Assembly (NCBI GenBank): GCA_964016885.1
Contig: OZ024740.1
Span: 234,360,001-234,424,000, forward strand
Direction: 5' to 3'
DNA from: Eledone cirrhosa
Taxonomy: Eukaryota
DNA length: 64,000 nt
The first letter of the stretch is position 1; every line of letters begins with the position of its first letter. The position numbers were made by a program, and so were the translations under genes. The notes beneath the pieces are model-generated. The model saw only the letters and a list, made by a program, of their open reading frames with translations, did no database searches and was not told the origin of the DNA. Below are positions 1 through 11,364 of this stretch, in pieces.

Positions 1-668
1 CTAAAAAGAAAATGAATTTTAAAGAAATTAGTGCATAGATCATTATGATCATATTTACATGAAAATTCTTTTTACTGCATAAATAGATGATAGTCACTCA
101 TCAAATACTCATTGTGACAATGCCCGTTGTTACTGTCCTCGAATGATTACCGTAATTTAACAGATAATGGTGGGGGGGGGGTAGAAAGGTGGGGAGAGGG
201 ATGAGGAGAGAGAGAGAGAATAAGATCTTGGCAAAAGGTATCATAGCGTGAAGATTGTAGAACATATTAACATTATGTTAGCTACTACTACTATGAAACT
301 TGGTGTTGCAGATATCGGTTGGTTATCAGCAAATAATTGACAACACTCCAGCTGTGATTGCTATGGAAGCTATGGCTCGAGGTACTGGTTTCATGAATAT
401 TCATTTGAAAATTGTTGGTGTAAAACTAAGATCGAAAACTGAAAAGCATGAAAATATGAAAAAAAAGAAAATATCTTTAAAATATGTATAAATAATATTA
501 GTTATTGTATTTTTAAAGTGTTAATAATCAATAACGTAAGTTACAGTTGAAGAATCCATTTTGATACTTTCATAGTTGGATAGGTTTAAACGAGAGAATA
601 TATTAACACAAAGACTAAACTAATCATTGTCGATCATTGATAACAAATGTAGAAGTCTCCTTTTATAT

Positions 669-740
669 ATCGTCGTCGTCGTCATCGTCGTCGTCGTTGT
701 TGTTGTTGTTGTTGTTGTTGTCACCATCGTCGTCGTTGTT
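669..740. repeat. (TCG)n/(TTG)n microsatellite
   Basis: Direct sequence. Confidence 0.9.
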
Positions 741-960
741 TAGCTCTTGGTCAAATCCGATCGAGTCAATCTATGATCAAAAGTATTCCAGCTGTCACCA
801 CCCATGTCTGTTTAGTGTTATCTAGAATCACATTATCGAATGTACTCTGTACTTATTTAAAGACGGTAGGCTGTTATTTGAGGCAGAATTGGCTGATATA
901 TCTACCCTGTAGAGCGACCACATATAGTCTCCCTCATTGGTTAGTAAAGACAGCGAAATA
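738..960 (+). mobile_element. Interspersed repeat (unclassified); related copy in opposite orientation at about 3065-3265
   Basis: Shared sequence ATGATCAAAAGTATTCCAGC versus minus-strand ATGATAAAAAGTGTTCCTGCC; ORF translations MIKSIPAVTT and MIKSVPAMAT. Confidence 0.5.
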
Positions 961-1152
961 GCAGAGTCCCTAGGACATCTTACTAAAATGCCTCAGTATT
1001 TGCTCCGACTTAGTTCACTCTGAGTTAAAATCCCGTTAAAGTGAGATTTCCCTGTCATCCTTTCGAATTCGATGAATAATATTTCCACCGTTTGCAACAT
1101 TGCAGCATTGAAGGAACCAAAATGAAAAGAATTTACTTTATTCGTCACTTGA

Positions 1153-1300
1153 AAACTTTTGCAAGCAAAACCGCTGAATGCTAAGAATGAAAATGTTTAC
1201 ATTAGCGACAAGCAAATTATTATTGTTGATGTTAGTATTGGTGTAAACTGCGAAGAATATCAAGGAACACCAGGTGTTTGGTAACTTTTAATCATCAAAA
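1153..1300 (+). pseudogene. Polinton/adintovirus accessory protein fragment (Y-x-GTPG-L/V-W-E-L-L motif family)
   Basis: Hand translation KLLQAKPLNAKNENVYISDKQIIIVDVSIGVNCEEYQGTPGVW*LLIIK, with an in-frame stop at the E position. Motif recalled from Polinton proteins. Confidence 0.6.
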
Positions 1301-2030
1301 TAAAAACTAGTGAAAACATGATTCTGTTTGTTTCGATTTGTATTCAAGTATTGCGCTCTTAACAAGTTTAACTATGGAACGAAATATTTAACAAGATAAA
1401 CCAAGTTGGAGTGTTATAGCTTCAATAATCTTTGAAGTTGAAAATACAATTAAATAAGTTTTAGTGTTATGCTTTTAAATGGAAAATATAATCGAAAGCT
1501 TTAACAGAATGAAATGCTATGAAGATCTATCAATTTATACTTAAAACGGAGTGACAAGTGAGATATTAAGACATAAAAATAACCATGTAAAAAGACTATT
1601 TTAAATGGTCTACTTGATTCTGTTGCAAATTTGCTTTTAATATTTTTGCTTTTATACTGAATGTAAACTAATCGCTAATGTTAGAAAAATCTATATAAAA
1701 GTATTTTGATAAAAATTATTTATTACAGCTCTTAAGAAGTTAATTTAAAAGGAAGCAATTGAATTGTTAAATCCCAAAATCACAATCTTTAAGACAGATT
1801 TGGCTGCTTTTTCTAGCAGTTTGTTTGACTACGTGGGTATTTCTTCATTAGATTAGTGTTGGTGTGTGAAAACCAGATTTACCACAAAATAGAAAAGCAT
1901 GTTAAACAAATTGATTTCATGAAAGAAGCCAAAGTAAATTTTAAAAAGTTTATTCATCAAGGAAAATAGATTTACTCTGTCTTAATTTGATTGTCAAATT
2001 TATTTTAAAATGCGCTTGTGTTTATAAAGT

Positions 2031-2305
2031 ATGATGATTTTACAATTTACTGTAGCGCCAATAATTGATAAGAGTATTGTAGTGTATGAATGTCATGTAC
2101 ACGAACATGTGACTTGGGCAAATCTTACTAACCCCGGTCAGATCAAAATCAATATCAAAACGCAACATTTGTTTACACATCCCAGCAAAGGTTACCTGAT
2201 TATCGAAAGCCGTCTCACAAAGGCAGATGGTACAGTATATATATACCGATGCTAATGTAGTAGCATAGATAAATAATGCTTTCATAGCTTTACTTAGTAA
2301 CATCA
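2031..2305 (+). pseudogene. Polinton/adintovirus major capsid protein (double jelly-roll) N-terminal fragment
   Basis: ILQFTVAPIIDKSIVVYECHVHEHVTWANLTNPGQIKINIKTQHLFTHPSKGYLIIESRLTKADGTVY, then after a frameshift ANVVA*INNAFIALLSNI. Matches the recalled pattern P-I-x-D-x-S-I...N-L-N-x-P-G-E-I-R-I-x-I-E-x-Q-D-L-F-T-H-P-S-x-S-Y-L...R-L-T-K-A-D-G...N-N-A. Truncated by a SINE head. Confidence 0.8.
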
Positions 2306-2525
2306 TGGTGGCGAACTGACAGAAGCGTAAGAGGATCGGACGAAATAACTTGCGGTATTAATTCCGGTTCTGGTTTCAAATCCCCCTGAATTCTTCCGGG
2401 ATCGATAAATAATCAGTTTAGGGCTGAGAGTTTTACTTGCAGAATCGTTGGAACATCGGACGTGATCTCTTACATCATTTATTCCTGTTTGTTACATTTT
2501 GAGTTCAAATCCTGTTGTGGCCTAC
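2305..2525 (+). mobile_element. Two degraded SINE heads
   Basis: GGTGGCGAACTGACAGAAGCG...TTTCAAATCC and GCAGAATCGTTGG...GAGTTCAAATCC (A-box and B-box-like). Confidence 0.6.
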
Positions 2526-3604
2526 TCGTATGTTAGACTTAATCCGAGTCCGGTTTAACGTGATAACCTGGTCCTTGGGTGCCTTTAATGGTGTCAATTT
2601 TGCTGCAAGAATTCTAAATCAGGTCTCCATTTCGAGAATATTTTTCCTTCCTGCCAGTCTCGAAAGGCTATGAAAAGGATCATGGACACTGCCCTTCTCT
2701 CTGATTATCCAATATCAAATAAAATCCTAATTGTCTGAACGGCAAAGTAAATAGTTGCTTTGTCCTACACTGGGCTTCTAAAATACCATCAATGAATTTT
2801 CAAAATCTCAGAATTTTATCTAGTTGTTGTATTAGGATCCTGAAGTAGTAACAAGTATTACAGATGATACTGAATTTGAATCTCCAAGCCCAAAAGGAGC
2901 ATTTATTTTTCGCAAATATGGAGGTTTAGCTGGGAATACAACAACAGTTTAGACGTATTTTCTTGTAAGAAAAGCAGATAGTTTCTGCGCTTATGGATTT
3001 GTATGTCATCCAAACATTACTCCAAGTGATTGTAAGTTAGCAAAGTGAGAGACTAAAATATTCTCAGCCAGCGGGGGTACCACTACGTGCTCTCTCGGCC
3101 TACTGAAGATAGCAACCAACTGCCCCTCAAATTATACACAACTACGTTAAAAAGGATACGTTGAACAATATGGACCTGGGTTCCCTTACATAGTAAAATA
3201 AACGACGTAGCCATGGCAGGAACACTTTTTATCATATTTGTGCTTCGTCTGAAGCTAAATAACAATAACGACGTCAACGATAATAACTAAAATATTCTGT
3301 AACAACGTTCAGATAAAAACACATCTCAAGGCATTTTCTCTTTGTTGGGATATTTTAATTCCACTTAAATATCAGTTGTTTACGATAAATTGACTTGAAA
3401 ACTCTAAAAACAATTCTTAAAGCAAATAAAATCTATAATATTATTTCGGTAGTCACGATGTGTTCAAGTGTTACTTTTTTTATAACTTTTAACTGTGGAA
3501 CGAAATCGAAGGCCCCATCGAAATTTTCCAACATAATGATATAAGTTTGAGTGTTGGACTTTTAACTAGCTTGACTATGAAACTATCTTAATAATTGTTT
3601 GTAC

Positions 3605-3915
3605 TTTAGTCATAAGACCAGAAATTTTGGGGGAAGGAAAAATCGATTAAATCGACCTTAGTGCATTGTTGATCCTTTATCTATCGACCCCGTAAGGATG
3701 AAAAACAAAGCTAACCTCTCCACGCCACCGATGTTGTCAAAGGGAAAGGCAATGACCGATACAACTTGGCACCAGTGACGTCACAACTCATTTCTACAGG
3801 TGAGTAAACTGGAGCAACGTGAAATAAAGTGGATACAACGCATCACCCGGTCCGAGAATCGAACTCACAACCTCTCAATTGCAAGCCCAATGCTCTAACC
3901 ACTAAGCCATGCACT
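3605..3915 (-). mobile_element. Degraded main-family SINE 3' part (3605-3718) joined to a second tRNA-headed SINE (3720-3915)
   Basis: ATCGACCCCGTAAGGATGAAA core. The reverse complement of 3850-3912 is a tRNA-like head (TGGCTTAGTGGTTAGAGC...GAGTTCGATTCTC). Confidence 0.75.
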
Positions 3916-4149
3916 TTCACATAGAACATTCATAAAGCGTAGAATTTACGAGGGTCTCGCTAGCAAAAGATTATTCTCATTATAACAAACCTGAGTTTAT
4001 CGAGTTGTTGGCAGTAAGAAGAAATCACCCCATTTCCACTTACAAAAATCAATCATAGCTAAAAACCTCGTGAGATGACGCAAAATTAATCACCGAAAAA
4101 GAATTAAGGATTTATATACCAGTGAAATTAAAGTTGGTATTGACAGAAC

Positions 4150-4425
4150 AAGTGGCCTAGTGGTAAGGGTGTTGAACTTACGATCATAATGTCGTGGGTT
4201 CGATTCCTGGTCTGGGTTGTGTGTTGTGTTCTTGAGCAAAATACATCATTTCACGTTACTCCAGTATACTCAGCTGTAAATGACTACCAGCAATAGCTGG
4301 AGGTTTAACCCTGCGATGGACTGGCGTCTTGTCCAGGGGGAAGTTTTGTACTCTCAGTCGCTTCACACCATGATACCTGGATAAGGACCAGCCAAACGAA
4401 CCTTCTGGCTTAAGAGAGCCTTTAG
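4150..4425 (+). mobile_element. tRNA-derived SINE with V-domain-like core; second copy at about 31410-31695
   Basis: A box GTGGCCTAGTGG, B box GGTTCGATTCC, body CCCTGCGATGGACTGGCGTCTTGTCCAGGGG resembling the V-SINE core. Confidence 0.75.
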
Positions 4426-4859
4426 ATTTAGACATTTTAGATTTACAGAACAGGTTAATCGCAAGGGATCAGATTAAACAGGGACGAGATACGAATCAGC
4501 TCTCAGTGTAATTAGCACAGGCATGATTAACACAGCGCAGCACAGCATACTCGATGACATTCGAACCAGTATCAACTTTTGAATAAAACAGTTTTTTTTA
4601 ATCTACTCTCAGATGCTCCATAACTTCGATATTAGCAATAGGGATAACAGGTGTTATGTCGAGTCACGTATTTTTGAACATTGGGTCACTTTCGTCGTTT
4701 CTGTGGCAAATGTAATTAATGGAGCTACGGTTACAGGTCTTGCACTCCAGCATTTCCCCTTTCTCAATTTAATACTTAAATACGATAACTATATTTACCG
4801 ATAATATTGACGGCAAATGTTTCAGTTGTAGATTTATAAATTATTATATACTATAACAT

Positions 4860-5060
4860 ATGCCAGTAGATGAATTTAGTCGTGACTATGCACAAGTTAA
4901 CGCAATCATTTCTGGAGATATTCACTAACTTATGTTAATTCACGTCTCCTACCAAAAGATGGAATATATACAACACGTCCACTGAACAATAAGAAATAAT
5001 TTCTGATATTGTTGACCCTATTGATAGTCAGTATGCTGCAACTAAGGCTTAGGTTGGTTT
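4860..5060 (+). pseudogene. Polinton-type fibre-like protein fragment
   Basis: MPVDEFSRDY... start, then frameshifted SLTYVNSRLLPKDG and ISDIVDPIDSQYAATKA*V (DP-x-D-x-Q-D-AATK-x-YVD repeat). Confidence 0.6.
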
Positions 5061-5639
5061 TACAGTAGACCGATTGATTGAATAATAATTCAATTATAAA
5101 GCAGCGCAGATCGTATACTTATGTAATCAAAGGGTGGACTTGATTATTTCAAGTATTTTCAACATCAGAAATACTCGCAGTAGGATGATTAAGGAAACTA
5201 TTAAATATGGTAACTAGGAAAACTATTATTCTCTAGCCGACCAAGATACTTCAGTTCATTTGATGACGAAGATCAACAAAGATTTCGCTTACAACTGAAA
5301 GTGAGTTTGTAAAAACAATTTGAGTCCTCCTTATTTTTCTTTACAGCAGAGATGGAGGCAAAATCTCGCCTAATAATTTTTATATGCTCAACAATCAGCC
5401 GTCTCTACCTTCGAGAACTTTAATGTTCCAGACAAAAATTATATTGATTATTCTAAACTACTGCTATCAGATCGGAAATGACATTTCCATCCTCAACCTA
5501 CAACAAAGATGAACGTTTTGTATTTCTTGAAATCTATACAGGGACTTACAATTTAGAAAACACATTTTTAATGATTTATTCAGACAAGTTTACTACGTTC
5601 CACGAAGACGAATTGACAGTTTTTAGAAAAGATTAATTT

Positions 5640-5946
5640 CTATAGCGATGTAAAATATATTGCTGAAGGTAAACTGGCTACAGACAGGAATATGGCTGCA
5701 ACGCATATATCAGTTGTACAACCGACCAGGGATAGCAATGCTGCAACGAAAGCTTTTGTTGATTTCGCAGCATCAGCAACAGCTACACCAATCGAAAATA
5801 AAATATTATTATTTGATGGCACTACGCCACCAACAGAAGATATTATTAGTTGGAAGAAAACTAACCTTGCTGATCGAGTAAACAATAAGGATGTTGCAAA
5901 GAAAGAACACGTAGACAAAAATTCATTAAAGCAACGTGTACGTTAA
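5640..5946 (+). pseudogene. Polinton-type fibre-like protein fragment with two DAATK/YVD-type repeats
   Basis: ORF 5692-5946 contains QPTRDSNAATKAFVD and KTNLADRVNNKDVAKKEHVD. Confidence 0.6.
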
Positions 5947-6519
5947 CTTCTACAAAGAGTAATGGTTCTATTACACGCTTAGTGCCAATAACAAATCCTA
6001 CTAATGTATATCGGATTTCGTTTAATTCTAATCTTAATACATTACACACAACTTCAAGAACCATAAGAGTGGTTTATCCACTTTTAACAACCAGTCAAAA
6101 GGGAATGGTTGCGACACACGAACATCTATATTTTAAATGTCTTTCATTTGCGTTCAAAAGAGGAAATAATTTTAAGTCGCCCGTACTTGATCAAATGATT
6201 CAAATAAAATTAGCAAATGAGATAATGTTTTCTTTTATAATTAAATGTTTGACGCTCACTACATTAAATGTTAACACAAACTGTGAGAACAGGCAATAGG
6301 TTTATTTTCGAAACTGGGTGTTTCTTTTTCGATCCCACTGTGTACTATCTTAGGCAAGCGTCGTTTATCAGGTGGGCAACCGTATAAAAGGTCCCTTGTC
6401 GTCTCATCTGGAGATAAGTTTTTGTCGCTTAATCCATGAGTTGATAATGTATCACTATTGCTACTAATCAGAAATTAATCTACTGGACATAGGAAACATG
6501 CTCTGTACTGTAAAGTTTA

Positions 6520-6658
6520 TGTTAGATAGGTGTAGAGAGATGTTGATGAGAGGATGTTAGATTGGTGTAGAGAGATGTTGATGAGAGGATGTTAGATTGG
6601 TGTAGAGAGATGTTGATGAGAGGATGTTAGATAGGTGTAGAGAGATGTTGATGAGACG
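6520..6658. repeat. 35-bp minisatellite, about 4 copies
   Basis: Unit TGTTAGAT(A/T)GGTGTAGAGAGATGTTGATGAGAGGA. Confidence 0.95.
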
Positions 6659-6849
6659 ATGATAGAAGATTTTTAAACATGGTTAGTGACTAAAAATAAT
6701 ATAAACTCTGTGGATAATATAATTTTATGTAAAATTGTGAAGTGTGTTTATCGTTATAAGTTAGAAAAATGAGCAAAAACCGACTGAACAGTCCTGCCGA
6801 CATCGAGAGTCTTATCTTGGCAATCTGGTGGCAATGGCAACACTGAAAC

Positions 6850-7790
6850 ACACATCTAAGCATCAAAATTAGAAAGGAAACAAAATATCATAGAGCAAAA
6901 ATAACACAATAAACACAAAAGATGATACAATGGTATGACTATTAATCTCTCTTTACATCCTAAAAAACCCATACCAGCACATATACTGTACATACTTAGC
7001 AGGCAGACTATAGCAAATCCCCCGACTCCCAGACGTAATATCCAATCCATTTAGCTGTTAGGATTACATGGGAAACACTTCCCTAACTCTCCTTCAATCG
7101 TGTATCGATCACCATAAATCAATGATCAAAAGAAAGTCCTGTTCCCCAAATAAAAAAAAAAATAAGTAAACGTGGAACTAATTCTACCAAAATAAAACAA
7201 GATTTAGGTTCGTATGACACAACAATCAAACAAGCAGCTACATAGACACCACAGAGCATATATTCAAGGAAATAACGATTCATATTTACAAAATCTTAAA
7301 AGCCAACATAAAAAATGGTTTCTTATATAGGCACAAGGCCAGCAATATTGGGGGAGGGGAAAGTCGATTAAATCGACCCCATTGCGTCACTGGTATTTTA
7401 TTTTATCGACCCCGTAAGGATGAAAGGCAAAGTTAACCTCGGCGGGATTTGAACTCAGATCACAAAGGGCCGTAACTCTATGCTGCAAAGCATGGCGTCT
7501 GACCCACTATCGATACTGCCAATCAACCGCCCTAAAAGCCAACATAAAAACTACAACCGAATTACACAACTGAAATAGTCAATCTGATAAAAACCAAGGA
7601 GAATTTAAAAAACAAACGCAATGCACCAGCACCACACACAACACGATCTTTTAAAAGAGTAAACAACCAAAAATATATCAAAGTAAAACAGAAACTGGTA
7701 AATATTTGTATCCAACTCAATGCTGTAGAAAATTCTTAGTAGTTTCAACAACTCTATCAATGCTCACATCACGTCCTATTGTTCAAATAA
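6850..7790 (+). mobile_element. Highly degraded Penelope-like GIY-YIG remnant, interrupted by a SINE
   Basis: HNNQTSSYIDTTEHIFKE resembles YIG-x-T-E-x-x-F-K-x-R; A/C-rich composition. Confidence 0.4.
7315..7532 (-). mobile_element. Full-length tRNA-derived SINE (octopus-type) with 18-bp TSD
   Basis: TAAAAGCCAACATAAAAA at 7297-7314 and 7533-7550; A box TGGCAGTATCG and B box GAGTTCAAATCC on the minus strand. Confidence 0.95.
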
Positions 7791-8190
7791 CTGTTTCTAC
7801 GTTAGGCACAAGGCCAGCAATTACCCAGTGCATTACTGGTACTTTATTTTATCGACCCCGTAAGGATGAAAGGCAAAGTCAACCTCGGCGGGATTTGAAC
7901 TCAGATCGTAAAGGGACGTAACTATGCTGGAAAGCATGGCGTCCGACCTTCTACCGATACTGCCAATCCACCGCCATATTGTTCAAATAACTGTTTCTAC
8001 TTTAGGCACAAGGCCAGCAATTACCCAGTGCATTACTGGTACTTTATTTTATCGACCCCGTAAGGATGAAAGGCAAAGTCAACCTCGGCGGGATTTGAAC
8101 TCAGATCGTAATGGGACGTAACTATGCTGGAAAGCATGGCGTCCGACCCTCTACCGATACTGCCAATCCACCGCCATATTGTTCAAATAA
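7777..8190 (-). mobile_element. Tandem SINE dimer (7791-7975, 7991-8175) with three copies of a 14-bp target sequence
   Basis: TATTGTTCAAATAA at 7777, 7977 and 8177; 200-bp period; 3 substitutions between the copies. Confidence 0.95.
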
Positions 8191-8389
8191 CGACTCCAGA
8201 TCATATACTGACACACGAATAGCAAGTAAACGTTATTATCGAATATTCTTTTTTGAAAATCGACCGGAACTACGAATATCCGGAACATTGGATCTACGAG
8301 TCGTAACTCCTACGTGTCATAGGTCGGCGCGATCACAGCTGGCCGGGTGGTAAACAACAGCAATAGATGTCACCAGCTTTGCCGACCCT

Positions 8390-8445
<56 letters not shown>

Positions 8446-8722
8446 TATTATCATCATCATCATCAGAAACCTCCTACCAACCACCAAAAACATTATAATC
8501 ATCATCATCATTATCACCATGCTTATCAAAACGACCATCATCATCATCATCATCATCACAAACCTCCAACCACCACCGCCACCATCACCACCAAAAACTT
8601 TATCATTATCATCATCATCAGCATTATCATCATCGTTAACATCATCCTTATCGTCACGAACATCAACATCATCGTTACAATCCCCTCCAACTACCACTAC
8701 CAGCACCAGCACCACCAAAAAG

Positions 8723-8763
<41 letters not shown>

Positions 8764-9000
8764 TATTACCAACATCCTCATCATCACGATCATCATCATC
8801 ATCATCAACCCCCCCCCCCCCACCACCACCACCACCACCAAAAGCATTATGATCATCATCATCATCATTATCACCATCCTTATCATCACGAACATCATCA
8901 TCATCATTACAATCCCCCAATCACCACCACCACCACCACCACCATAAACAACACCATTATCTTCACCCTTATCATTACCAACATCATCACATTCATCAAC
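8390..9000. repeat. Compound (CAT)n/(CAC)n microsatellite with internal block duplications
   Basis: Recurrent ACCAAAA...ATTAT...CATC/GCTTATC...ACGA blocks near 8482, 8590 and 8836. Confidence 0.9.
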
Positions 9001-9079
9001 ATTGTCCTCACCGGGAAACTTCTATGAGGTCATTTCAATTGCTGGAAATAGCAGCAAAACGACTATCTACTATCTTCAA

Positions 9080-9329
9080 AAAGACACATTGGATAATTGT
9101 TTCTACTTTTTGGCGCAAGGCCAGCAATTACCCCAGTGCATTACTGGTACTTTATTTTATCGACCCCGTAAGGATGAAAGGCAAAGTTAACCTCAGATGG
9201 ATTTGAACTCAGAGGTTAACTGTGCCTTTCATCCTTACGGGGTCGATAAAATAAAGTACCAGTAATACACTGGGTTAATTGCTGGCCTTGTGCCAAAAGT
9301 AGAAACACCAATTATCCAATGTGTCTTTG
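9080..9329. mobile_element. Fold-back of two SINE 3' ends, including inverted unique flank
   Basis: AAAGACACATTGGATAATT + SINE tail ... SINE tail + AATTATCCAATGTGTCTTT. Confidence 0.9.
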
Positions 9330-9394
9330 ACAGTGTCTGTTATATGTGTGTGAAGAAAGACGGAGTGGGCACAGGTAGAATGTCTTATCATTAT

Positions 9395-9427
9395 CAACAC
9401 CATCAACACCACCACAGCCACAGCCAC

Positions 9428-9468
<41 letters not shown>

Positions 9469-9525
9469 ACAACAACTGCAACATCAATACATGGTGGTGG
9501 TGGTGGTGATGGTAGTGGCCGTAAC

Positions 9526-9572
<47 letters not shown>

Positions 9573-9657
9573 CAGCAACGGCAGCAGTAGTAGTAGCAGC
9601 AGCAGTAGTAGTAGTAGTAGTAGTAGTAGCAGCGGCAGCAGTAGTAGTAGCAGCAGC

Positions 9658-9734
<77 letters not shown>

Positions 9735-9771
9735 CAGCAGCAGCAGCAGCGGCAGCAGTAGTAGTAGCAGC

Positions 9772-9817
<46 letters not shown>

Positions 9818-9870
9818 ATAGTAGTAGTAGTAGCAGCAGCAGCAGCAGCAGCAGTAGTAGCAGTAGCAGC

Positions 9871-9917
<47 letters not shown>

Positions 9918-9962
9918 CAGCAGCAGCAGCAGTAGCAGCAGTAGTAGTAGCAGCAGCAGTAA

Positions 9963-9994
<32 letters not shown>

Positions 9995-10098
9995 ATAGTA
10001 GTAGTAGTAGTAGTAGTAGTAGCAGCAGCAGCAGCAGCAGCAGTAGCAGCAGTAATAGTAATAGTAGTAGTAGTAGTAGCAGTAGTAGTAGTAGTAGT

Positions 10099-10148
<50 letters not shown>

Positions 10149-10978
10149 CACCACCACCACCACCACCACCACCAGCAGTAGTAGTAGCACCACCACCACC
10201 ACCACCACCACCACCACCACCACCACCACCACCAGCAGTAGTAGCAGCAGCACCACCACCACCACCACCACCACCACCATCATCATCATCACCACCACCA
10301 CCACCACCACCACCAGCAGTAGTAGTAGCACCACCACCACCACCACCACCACAACCACCAGTAGTAGTAGTAGCACCACCACCACCACCACCACCACCAC
10401 CACCACCACCACCAGCAGTAGTAGTAGTAGCACCACCACCACCACCACCACCACCAGCAGTAGTAGTAGTAGCACCACCACCACCACCACCACCACCACC
10501 ACCACCACCACCAGCAGTAGTAGTAGTAGCACCACCACCACCACCACCACCACCACCACCACCACCACCACCAGTAGTAGTAGTAGCACCACCACCACCA
10601 CCACCACCAGCAGTAGTAGTAGTAGCACCACCACCACCACCACCACCACCACCACCACCACCACCGCCAGCAGTAGTAGTAGTAGCACCACCACCACCAC
10701 CACCACCACCACCACCAGTAGTAGTAGTAGCAGCAGCACCACCACCACCACCACCACCACCACCACCACCACCACCACCAGTAGTAGTAGTAGCACCACC
10801 ACCACCACCACCACCAGCAGTAGTAGTAGTAGCACCACCACCACCACCACCACCACCACCACCACCACCGCCAGCAGTAGTAGTAGTAGCACCACCACCA
10901 CCACCACCACCACCACCACCACCACCAGCAGTAGTAGCACCACCACCACCACCACCACCACCACCACCACCAGTAGTA
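9395..10978. repeat. Compound triplet microsatellite (CAT)n-(GTA/GCA)n-[(GTA)n GCA (CCA)n]n
   Basis: Direct sequence. Confidence 0.95.
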
Positions 10979-11149
10979 AGTAGGAGCGGCCATTGCTATA
11001 CGAGAACATATATTTTATGACAGTATGTTAAGTGGTATAAGTAATGCTATCAACGCCCACTCAATCTATCTCCTACGACGTTTGATTGGAAAATGGAAGA
11101 AAAAAAAAAAACCGATACATCACTGTTCAATACCCTACACCAGATTTTC

Positions 11150-11163
11150 GTTGCTATGGTTAC
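11150..11163 (+). promoter_or_regulatory. Possible RFX X-box
   Basis: GTTGCTATGGTTAC in a unique island between arrays. Confidence 0.25.
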
Positions 11164-11364
11164 AGTAAAATTAATACTAACAAGCAGTGGTGAATGTTTC
11201 ACGTGGGAGGTTAAGTGTTTTTACTGCACAGCTGACGACTGAAATTTGGTTGTTATCTTTTTAAATTATTTGGGTCCTGAATGTGAAACATAAGAGGTGT
11301 TTTTTTTTTAGAAGAACCGACTTTTTTTCACTGCTGTTTTTATCATATTTAACATCATCATAGT

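Larger units (their letters stand above)
230..6300 (+). mobile_element. Decayed Polinton/Maverick (adintovirus-like) endogenous element, interrupted by later SINEs; boundaries approximate
   Basis: Several co-oriented pseudogenic fragments typical of these elements: a GTPGxW-motif protein (1153-1300), a major capsid protein N-terminus (2031-2305) and fibre-like DAATKxYVD repeats (4860-5946). No TIRs, pPolB or integrase seen. Confidence 0.65.

Noticed and set aside
2540-3060. Possible coding remnant between the capsid fragment and the next repeat
   Set aside because: Translations contain stops and no motif I can confidently assign.
4150-4215. tRNA gene (also 3850-3912)
   Set aside because: A and B boxes continue into SINE bodies, and the cloverleaf is degenerate.
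8317-11020. His-rich and Val/Pro-rich ORFs
   Set aside because: Triplet microsatellite translations.
11226-11260. CTGACGA-CT-GAAA motif
   Set aside because: No credible helix I or helix III.
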